From: Bugula neritina
Taxonomy: Eukaryota > Animalia > Bryozoa
DNA length: 64,000 nt
NCBI GenBank assembly: GCA_964035545.1
Contig: OZ037765.1
Coordinates: 13,402,698-13,466,697 of the forward strand
Reading direction: 5' to 3'
The translations under genes and the position numbers were made by a program. The notes beneath the pieces are model-generated. The model saw only the letters and a list, made by a program, of their open reading frames with translations. It was not told the DNA's origin and made no database searches. Of the stretch, positions 1 through 10,800 are shown one piece after another. The number at the start of each line of letters is the position of its first letter. Position 1 is the first letter of the stretch.

Positions 1-308
1 ATCAACAAAAAAAACAAGTCTAAATCAGTGTGCAAAAAGATAGTAGTTCTAGGAAAATAAAATCTCTTTTTTATAGATACATGATAACCAATAAGTTTAA
101 ACTTTAGAACAAAAATTGATAAGATGCTTAGCATAAATTATATTTATTTAATTTTCTTTATTGTGAGTTTTGAAAATATTTTACATTATGTTATATAATA
201 AAATATTTAAAAATAAGGGATAGGACTTTGAGTAAAGCATAATGTAGCACATTATTGTTGTGATGCTTTCAGGGCAGTGGAACTTTCTTTTCTCTCTTGC
301 AATTGCAG

Positions 309-3300
309 TAACAGAATATGGGTTGGGGAAGGATACTGGTCCATTTGTTCAGTTTAGTGCTGCTGGAACAGGGGGTGGAGAGTTGGATGGAGTGGAACAT
401 GGGAGCGACAATGAAGCTAGTAAAGTACAACCCAGAGAAGACGGCACTTCAGACAACCAAGTCATACACTCCGGTGTATATAAGCACATGTGTCTATTTT
501 TCTGCAGTTGTGACATATTGTCTGTACAGGATATACGTGTGGCCAAGCAGGAGAGGGTATTAGCTCAAGAGGCAAAACAAACGAAAAGTAAAAAGAGAGG
601 TAAGAGATCGTCAATTGATGATAAACACATATTCAGCATAACTCTCACAAAGCGGCTAGATAATTTTGAATCACACGAATCATTGCAATTTCGATTAAAA
701 ATCATGAGTGCATTAGAAAAATTAGCAGGACTTGAGAAATCATCAAATATTGAACAATTTGAATTACCATCAAACCTTACGCCACAAGCAAATGCTACAA
801 TTTCACCAGAAGCAAATGCTACAATGGCACCAGAAGCAAATACTACAATGGCACCAGAAGCAAATACTACAATTATTTTAGCTTTGAACCAATCATACAC
901 AACAACTGGTACTCAAAACAATACAGTGCAACTTCAAACTACCACAGGCTCTGTCTTAGCAACAAACTCGGCAGAAAACATTTCTGTTGCGGTTGAATTG
1001 TGTAGGTTTCGTGTAATAGTCTTGGATATACAAACATCACAAAATAGAAAAAAGAGACAAGTGAATGATGAGCAAAACCTAGCAATAACCTTTGCAATGA
1101 CCGAAGATGATAACCTGATTACACATGATGAAATAGAAGATTTGTTATCTGGGCAGACTGAAATAGCCCAGGCTATAGGAGCAGCAATAAACCAAAATGT
1201 AAGTGTAAATATTACTGATGAGATAGCAGAACAATCGCTGCCAGAGGATGATGTTGTTGCAGAAGAAGAAACAGTAAAGATGAAGCCGTGTTGGGTAACA
1301 TCTATTGTTCTAGGAAGCCTACTGATTTCAGGAATTATTGGCTTCATCATCTATTTAATGTATGAAACAGAAATTGAAAAGAAGAGAAGGAAGAACACAG
1401 CTGAAAAAAATAAAAAAACTGATTCGAAACTTGCTTCTGAAAATGACAAACTTTTACAAGAAAATACTGAACTTAAGTCCCAGTTGAAAAATGTGAAGCA
1501 TCCAGTTCGACGTTCAACTAAGGAGCTTCAAGAAGGTGATGATAAAGAAAGAGACTCCCAACTTGTTCATTCTAAAAAGCAAGGAGGGTCAGCAAAGAAC
1601 AGCTATTCGTTACTAGACGAAGGTGGTTACAAAAGCCTGACTCACCCGTGAGCATCAAAAATATCTCAAAAAATGTATAGAATTATGGCATTTTTGCAGG
1701 TAAATTCATACTAACATCATGAGGTTTTATTGTAAATACAGATCTTCAAGAGCAGGGCACATGGCCAGGGCAGATGCTAAAAACAATAAGCCAGGGACAA
1801 TGAAAGAACCTCTTCTAACTGTCAATCAAAAAGCGATTTCCCCACCTCCTGGTACAGGTAACTACATGTAACAGAATTCTAACACATCATTATTTTAAGA
1901 AAGCTGCACCTCTATTTCCAACATTTATTTTCTTTCTTGTGTAAAGACATCATTATCATTCAAGTATTGCTCATTACATGGTCAGTATACTTATTCATTT
2001 TCTCATCAATTGAACAATGTTAGTATTAAAGTCCAGCAAGTAGATGCTCACCTTTAGACTTATATCAACTTATTTTTACCTATTATTGTTAAATAGAAAG
2101 TATAAAATATTCTTGTAACAGGTAAGCCTGGGGAAATGATTACAGGATCAAATAAAAAAGCAACCAATATGATATCGGAAGTGGCACTGGGTAAACCTGA
2201 CGGCTTCAAACCAAAGACCAACCCAACCCCTGCCGAGTCATCAAACAGGAGCCAATCAATAAGCTTGACAAAGTATGTATGGGACATTTAGTCTGAGAGA
2301 AAACCATAACGTTTATGTAATGTGATTAGAGTAGTTTATTGAAATAAAAACTACTATTTCTTTATATTACTTTTTACTTTAATTATCACGTGACTTGGAA
2401 ATATGTTTGTGTGTTCAAAGCCCGTATGTAGGTATGAAAGGAACTGCAGTAATGAATAGTAAATCGGAGACGTCTGTGACAGCCCCTGATTTCCTGCCTC
2501 TGAATGCTCAGTATAAGCAGCTGCATAAACAATTCATCGGTATGAAAGAAGGAAGCGTGAGTGACAGTACCAACTATACTGAGAGGTGAGAGTGACTTGA
2601 TGCTACATGAAAAACCATAAACTAGTATAAACCATGACGAGTTCAGCAATGGTTTTCTCTTGATAAACAACAGCTGGACTGGACCGGTGTTATTTAATCT
2701 TTCTCTTTTTCATGGCATCAAAAGAAATGCCAATAACATGTTGTTGGATGAAGACAAATGAGTTTAAAAATGAAATATTCAGATCATATATTTTACGATA
2801 ATTAAATGCCTTGCTTTTAATCAACACTAAACAGTGTCTGTGTGAATTCATTTGACAAGTTCAAAGTGATGCTTACAAAATGCATGAGATGTTAGCCAGA
2901 ACTTGTTCCTTTACTCTGTAGGATAGGAGCAGTAACTACAAGTGGCAGCTACACTGTTATAGATGCCAGCCAGTCAAACTCTAGGCATGCCAGAGAATAT
3001 TTTGCAAATCCTCACATGATAAAATTACAATTTAAAAAACCGCAGGTAATCCTGATTACATTTTACTATGTAAACTAGCACAAATTAAACTTTATTGACA
3101 CATTGAGCTATCCATAAACAGCTTTCAAATTCACACACTGATACTAGGAAAGACACTTTTTTACAGAGCAATAAATCCACTCAAACTGAGTTTGCACACC
3201 GTGAACAAAAAATAATAAAAAAATACCAGGCCATTGCGAAAGAGCTCCAAAGGCAACTAGAGTTAGCCAAGAACAAGGCCAAAGTCATTCCGAAACATGA

Positions 3301-4717
3301 AAGTGAACAGAAGTTTAGTTCTAGACCAGCTGCAAGCACACCTCCACGAAATCCCCCTGCACTGAGTCAAGAAAACAGACGACAACACAGCTCTTCCCCA
3401 CATCTGGGCAAAACCGATACAGATTTAGAATCAGAAATGAGCACGCTTGACGAGTATGTATACACAACTTCACTGCCTTGTGCTAACAATGTGTCGAGAT
3501 AAAAATTATATCTGCATTTATGGGTGAAATCAGCATAAAAATAAATTTTAAACTTTATTCCAGACAACACAGAGGTAAAAATTTGCCAAGAGAAGCTTTA
3601 TTTGTTACGGCAACCAAAAAGTTTTTACATGAAATTGGCCCGCTGCTGAGGGAAATAGGATATGATGTGGTAGATAGGCAAAATGCTGACACCACAAAAC
3701 AGGTATGGAATAGACTCAAGAAAAATTATATTTCCTGAACACTTCAATTGTTCATGTGAATTTTTACACTTTGAATGTATGGCGAGAGAAAATACTTATG
3801 TTTACAAACTTTTCAGTAAAAGTTAATGTCTCCTAATGTAGATGCTGTCTCGTAACCTAATAAGTAACAAGGAAATAATTAGAACTAGCTATTGACTTTT
3901 GGCAGCATGTTTTTTCTATTCAGTCATGTGAATTTTCTGTGTGTTACAGAGGAAAAAAAGTTCCATTTTAGAGTTGTATGGAGATGTGAAAAGTCAGCCC
4001 GGTGAAGTAAACAAGATGTTTCACTATGGACTAAGCCTTGGCACCATAGCAAGAGTTCACTCAACAACTGAACCAGATATTATTAATGCTATAATTGATG
4101 GATACATGAACACAGGTCTATAACACACTTATATGCTTTAAAAAAACTTGCTGACTTAAATTAACTAAAACTGTACTGCTTAATATATTCTACTGTATTG
4201 TAGCACCAAAAAACTGCAAAGTATTGAATTTCATTTTTGTTTGGGCTGAAACTATTGACAATCAAAACTAGTGACACAGAGAAAATTGTATTTGAATAAA
4301 AAATATATGTTTCCATGAGTTGACCCTTTAAATAAAATATTCCAAAACAGCAGCCAATTTTGTACGAGAAAATTCAATAAAATTGGCTTTTGGTTCAAAA
4401 TTTCAATACGCCATTTTGAAGCTCAACAAGTATTTGGAGCCAAAAAGTAAAGAAAAAATTTAAAAAACAATATTTTAGAAAAATACTTTTGATTTCAAAT
4501 TTTGCGACTTTTGTTTAAAGGTAAAGAAGAAACCGCTGAGAAAATAATGAAGTATTTATCAATCAGCACTGAGCAGGTTGTGGCTGTAAGGAATTACATG
4601 AGGAACCATGAGGTGGCCAGCAAAGATGAAATAGTTGAACACATGCCACTCAGTCTGGGAATCAATAATCATACAGCTAAGCTAGCAATTGCCATGGTAC
4701 ACCACGGATATATATAA
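309..4717 (+). CDS. Orphan single-pass (type I-like) membrane protein, 5' end outside the window or unresolved; mucin/SEA-like ectodomain, TM helix, long cytoplasmic tail ending in a possible HTH_40-like domain
   Basis: ORF 260-1651 plus phase-compatible GT-AG exons ~1742-1857, ~2122-2190 (donor uncertain), ~2432-2584, ~2921-3045, 3167-~3452, ~3563-3701, ~3950-4116, ~4521-4717 (ends HHGYI-TAA). Furin-type RGKR (596-607) and RKKR (1046-1057); hydrophobic stretch WVTSIVLGSLLISGIIGFIIYLMY (~1292-1363) followed by KKRRK; AATAAA at 4801. Confidence 0.75.
782..877 (+). repeat. Coding 24-bp tandem repeat x4 (PQANATIS/PEANATMA/PEANTTMA/PEANTTII)
   Basis: Units such as ccagaagcaaatgctacaatggca read directly; each encodes an N-x-T glycosylation sequon. 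Confidence 0.9.
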
Positions 4718-4823
4718 CTCTGTTACTGCAATATGATAGGATCTTTGGTAGCTTTGCTTTATGGTTTTATATAAAACCTTTACCTGTTACTCTGTATACA
4801 AATAAAACATAACTCAAGACAAC

Positions 4824-7800
4824 TCATATATAATCCTTCACCTTGGGTGGATGTTTGGTCTTGAGCTGGTCCATAATAGCAGTCATATTCTCATAGTCAT
4901 GTGAACTTGATGAAGAGGTTGCAGGGAAAATGAAATGACCCTCAAATTTGTTTGGTGGCACGGAGAATACTAGTCTATCAGATGATCTTTCAGATTTAAC
5001 AGGGGAGATAATCTATTGAACAAAATATCATTCAAATATTTATTTTATAAAAATATTCTATTTAGATTTACTCAATTTATAAATCATGAAACATTGAGCA
5101 AGTCAAGGACAAAATACTTTAAAGTTGCAAGAAATTTTCCCTATACACTATACATTATTGCAATATTTTCTAAAAAAATATACTAAATTACCAGTACGAA
5201 TAAAAATTGGCCATGCATATAAATCACTATAATTAGTCAATGATATAACAGAGAAATAGTTACATTGGAAGCGATATTTTCATGACTTTTCGAACTGATA
5301 TGTAGACAAGCATAATCTTTAGATTTGATGCACTCATTCTGAATGAGATGAGTGTCGGGCGTTCTTGGAGGTTTCTTGGGAGCTTCCTGGAAAACAACAA
5401 CAGATAAATACATCAGCAACTCATTTGCATGAAGTTGAAAATTAATTGCTGTTAGTTAACAATAAGGCAAAATTTAGTTTCATTTATATTAGTATATTCA
5501 TTCAGTTTGACATGTGTCAAGAGAAGACAACTAACCCCGTGTATTCTGTTGAGGTCTGGTGTACTTCTGTAATTAGTGAGATTGACATAGATGTGACCAA
5601 GATACCCTCTACTGGACATTGCATCAGGCTCTACATAACATACTACTTCTTATTAAACACAACAGCATTAGCATAAAAGGAAAAAAATTGTTGAATGTAA
5701 ACAAAATGACAAGAGTTTATGGATAAGAGAAATTTTATTACTTTAAAACTTATTAATTTGGCAAAATGTATATTCAACACCGTCTTTTTACAGTTATTAA
5801 TTATGTAACTAAAACAATGAAAAAATGTTTGTGCGATTATAATCATCCCAGCAGAAAACAAGTCCCAAAGCTAGCTAACTTGAAATTAGAAAAAAAACAA
5901 ACAAACTTTAACAAATCTTTCTTCTACATTGTATAAATCAGTTCCATTCTAGCCAATTGCTATGCTTTAGTGACTGAGCTGCGTAATAAACATACCTGGT
6001 GATAAACTTCCATGACTCTCGTACACCGAATCTTTACTCTCGTACAGTCCATTGTTGGAACTAAAAATAATTTTTTAAACTAAAAGTTAAACTCAAAAAG
6101 TGACAATAAATTCAGCACCGCCTATGATTTTTAGTAATGAGAGTTGTCTACCTATTCAATAATAACAATTTTTTGTAATTGGAATCAGCTATGTTATGTA
6201 ATAATATGTTATGGAGAAATTTTTTCAACTTATCATTTAATTTAGTAGATTATGATTATTCTATAGCATTATATATGATGTATATTTAAAATCTAATATG
6301 AATTATGTTAAAATTATGATCAATCTTGATTTGTGTTCAGAATCGAAGGTAAGATAATTCCCATACATAAATGTCGCTATATAACGATATAATAACTCCA
6401 CAGATCAAAAGCAGAAGTCAACAAAACCTAACCTAATGTTTTGTTTGAATAACTACATGCAAGTTAATAAAACATAATGTGTGGTAGACCATAAAAATTT
6501 CGGTAATGCTGATAGCCATAACTTGTTACCTTTGATTGGAAAAGACAGATGGTGAAAGAGGGGGCCCTTCCACCAAATTCCACTGGTCAGCTATGGGTAT
6601 AGGACAAGGTTTAGGCACTTTGTCATACGGGGATTCTTCCTCGAGACTAGAAAACGACAGTCTGTCCATCTTATTGTACACATGGTCAGTGCTGACCAAC
6701 TCCATGCATATGCTATTGTAAAGATGGTGATCAGCTGCCTTATTTGGCAGAGAACAGGAAATGGTGTCCGACAGTCTGATATAGTCGCTGTCTGTGGAGA
6801 CCAACTGGGCTGCGCATGACTTGTGTCTTGTCCTTTCTGTGTTGGATGAGGCTGTAACAAGATAATATAATCATAGCCTACTTCTAGCTACTTTTTGTCA
6901 TTACCCATACCAAGGATTAACCTGGCATTTAGAGGTCAAGAGGACATTCACATAACGACCCTTGCTAAAGATGATGAGACAACATGGTTGCTCAGGCGAG
7001 TAGATATGCTCACCTGTATTGATAGCATTTTTGACAGAAAGAGCTGAAGAAGACTCGCTGCTAGTCCTATAGCTGCTCTGTACCACTTCGGAACACGACT
7101 TATGTCGGGCAAACTGCACATCTGCCAACAAAACACAGTTTATGACTGCCAATAACCGTAAATTAAAAAAACAGTAAATGAATAAAAGGCAAGTTTGATA
7201 CAATATTCATCTAAAATTATACGATGAAGTAAGAAAGAACTCTAGCTGACTCAGAAGAACGTGAGACAGTAAACCACAAATATGTTGACAGCTATTATAG
7301 TCATATAGTAATAGACATAAAGTAAAACATTTAGTGTTAATTTAGCCACATTCAAATGCTGGTTGCTTCATGCTTTTCGTCTATCAATATTGTTAACCAA
7401 CGTATTGGCAAGAAAGAACAATAAAAAGACTCTAGAGACTAGAACAACACGTTCAACGTGAACATGGCAAGCCTGTAATATAAGAACATGCACTAGTTAT
7501 ATAAAAAGAATGATCTCATTTTACATAGACAATTGTTTGTCCCTCAAGTTCATCAGTTGTCACAAGTTTCGAGTTTTGACTTAATGAGCTTTGATAGGAC
7601 TTGATGACTTGCTTTCACTTTATAATATAAAGGAGTGCAGCAGGATATGCCTAATCAAATACCTATCACTATAGTCAACTGGCATTGTGAGAATATCAAG
7701 AACCATATAACCTACCTTTAACCTGCAAACCTTGCCTGCTACTTTCTATATTATTTTCATTTGATTGTTTGGAATGTTGGCACTTGCATCTTCTACACTG

Positions 7801-10800
7801 AGATTTGTGATTGCCATCTAAACATATAAAGAAGCTGTATTATTTACTGGATTGTCCTATTGTACATTGTACACTCACCAGCAGAATATCATCAATTTAG
7901 TCATGTATAACTGATGCCTGGCCAGCAGATAAGATGTAATGATCACATGACCAACATGATTTACATGTTAAACAGGCATTTCTACAGTGAACAATATCAA
8001 ATTATAATTCAAAGCTAGACTACTGAATATTGATAATTCGACAGGCATATTTATTGACCAGCCCCACTACTTCCTGCTGAGTTACTAAACAGTAAATAAT
8101 GTATATGTTGTATGATATTTATGTAATGATATTCCCAACTTGATGATGATTGTTGAATTTGATGCTGACATAATCAAATTTATAAGGAAATAAATCTTCT
8201 TTGTCAGAGCTTTCCAACAAACAAGACCATATGACTTGCATGTGTGATGAACATGTCTCGTTATTACTAGTGCAGAAACTGTAATGAGGCCTTAACTCCA
8301 GTGCACTTGTCACAAAGTGTCAGCTTGACTTTGTACCATCATAACAATGGTAAAACATTACATCATAGGGTAAGCAATCAGTGCACTGCTATAAAATTTT
8401 GAAATGCTAGCAAATCTTTAGTAACTCAGAACAAACTACTAATGATAGAAAAATGTATGATGACTAACTTGATTGTGAAGGTGCAGAGTTGGGTAGGGTT
8501 GGGGGCACAGAAGGGGCAGGGTAGTGGGTACCCTGGTTTCCTGAGCATACACCTTGTAGGTTACCACTGCTAGACTGATGGCCCCTTCTTTGGTGATAGC
8601 ACGCAACTGTGTGATGGTGACAAGCGGCTGTTTTTCCAGAAGATTTATATTCTCCACCATCTAAATTAACAATAACTTGTTTTACGATATAAACATATTT
8701 TGTCAAAATTGGTGACTGAACTTATTTAGAACACAAAGTCTGAACAGGCTGATTACTAGATGCACATACTAATATTTGTAGACCGAGTCATGGGTGGAGT
8801 TGTGGATGAAGATGAGCCATCCGAAACTTGACCGGAGGACGACCTTTCCCGGATTCGCCGATGGTGGGTGGAAGAACCTACATGCGTGAAGGAAACTGGA
8901 ATGTACATAACTTGTAGGGAAAGCGGGTTGTAGGCGTATAAACAAGTATTGTAAGGCATGTAGAGCTATGCGTGACATTATGTACAGGTATTGTAAGGCA
9001 TGTAGAGCTATGCGTGACATTATGTACAGGTATTGTAAGGCATGTAGAGCTATGCGTGACATTATGTACAGGTATTGTAAGGCATGTAGAGCTATGCGTG
9101 ACATTATGTACAGGTATTGTAAGGCATGTAGAGCTATGCGTGACATTATGTACAGGTATTGTAAGGTATGTAGATACTGACACACTGTACAGATAGTACA
9201 GGTAGATACATACTTGCCAAAGGTTTACCATGTTTACATAGACTCTGCTTTGGTGGACTGCCTCCCTCAGGGTTCAAAGAGTGATACAGATTCTCACGAC
9301 CTAAAAATACACAAGTATTGATACATAAAAATAGCTAGATAGCCTTTAAATACTCATTGAAAAGTTGATGATCATACAATTCAGAGAAAATACTAATTCC
9401 ACAAACATAAAGCAAATAAAAAAGCACTTCAGTGCCTTCTTTAAAGGAAGATAAATATTGCAGGAATTTGAGGGAGCATTGTTTGCCTGAATTTAAAACT
9501 TGCAACAAAACGATGAGTCATACAGTCTAGGTTTGGTGAATCGCCAGTTATCAAGTTCACAAGTAACTGAGATCAACTTATTAGAATTCCTTTTTGAAGA
9601 GAATATTACACAACAACACTTACTTCCTATGTCAAAATAAACTATACTAGGCAAAAAGAAGATTTCAAAAGCTCACTAATGAAAAATATCTTCTTAACAC
9701 AACTTCAGTAGAATTTGCATGCTTGTCATATTTCTGTCAAATCAATAGCCTTAGATTTAATCACAAGGTAACTTTCTTTTCAGACACATCTATTGCCATG
9801 ACAAGTTATTCTTCTAGATGTTAGTTGCTATAACAACAAGTTGGGAAAGATATTATTTCCATAGCGACATTAATAATTCACTACTGGTGTTCACAAGATG
9901 AATGAACTATCACTGCTCTCACTGAGCAGCTATTGAAATCTCACACAATTAGGCAATGTGGTGGTAGCACGAACTTTACACCTCTGCATGTATTATATTC
10001 ACATCATACAAAGTATAGGACTTTCACATACATTGGAAGCTCCTAATGGTGCAATCATAGATTGGCATTTGAGAGCTAAAATTTCTAAAATGTAGAATTA
10101 GTTATGCCAGCAATTACTCAACATCTGTCCTGTTGTAATAATACCTCAAAATACCAAAACTAGATCATGTTTATTGTATCAGTTTCCTAGCAACAGGAAA
10201 ATAAGTAGATATGCAAATTTCCCAATTTTAGGATCAAATTTAATGATATAATCATGTCCTTTCCTTATTGCAAAACATATGAGTGCCAGTTTTTGGACTT
10301 TAAACTCATGGCTCAACCTCCACGAGTATATATTATTTACTAAGTGTACCAACTGCTATACTACATTGTTGCCAGAATGACCATTACACATATGAATTTT
10401 AATTGTTTTGATGCTGGTAGGCCAGACGTTGAATCACTTGTGTGTCATACAAATACAAAAAAATCTGATGTTACCTAATTGTAATATTTTGATGACAAAC
10501 CTGAGAGAATGAGCAATAGATTATTAGCTGCCGAATTGCATTGACTCTTCAGGAGTTCCTCCACAGTTTGGTTGTTTTTATCTTTTATTGACTTATCAAT
10601 TCCTGCCAATTACATAAAGAAAAGTTAAAGCTGAATCACAAATGTCACTTGTTATGAATCAAGACATTATTAATGTTGTTGAGCGGCAGGGGTCTTATTG
10701 AATAACAACAATATGTTACATTGTGTAGTTTAGTAAGTTTAATGAAGTTAAATAAAAGCTAAATGTGTAGGCAGTACTCTATTCATGCCCAAATTCTGAT

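Noticed and set aside
260-308. ORF-track start (GTG) with signal-peptide-like MMLSGQWNFLFSLAIA
   Set aside because: The segment is a polypyrimidine tract ending in TTGCAG, more likely an intron acceptor; the true start is probably upstream of the window.
4310-4332. Kolobok-like terminus (CCCTTTAA; similar TAAAGGG at ~54817 and ~61652)
   Set aside because: No matching opposite terminus could be identified.
8119-8313. Extra ANKS1-like exon from the 64-aa ORF
   Set aside because: The flanking exons already join in phase, and no convincing splice sites or homology were found.
8769-9231. Repetitive ORFs (MSRIALHALQYLYI, MRDIMYRYCKACRA etc.) or a CRISPR-like array
   Set aside because: These are products of a 42-bp tandem repeat with no unique spacers, lying in an intron between phase-compatible exons; the context is eukaryotic and no cas genes are present.
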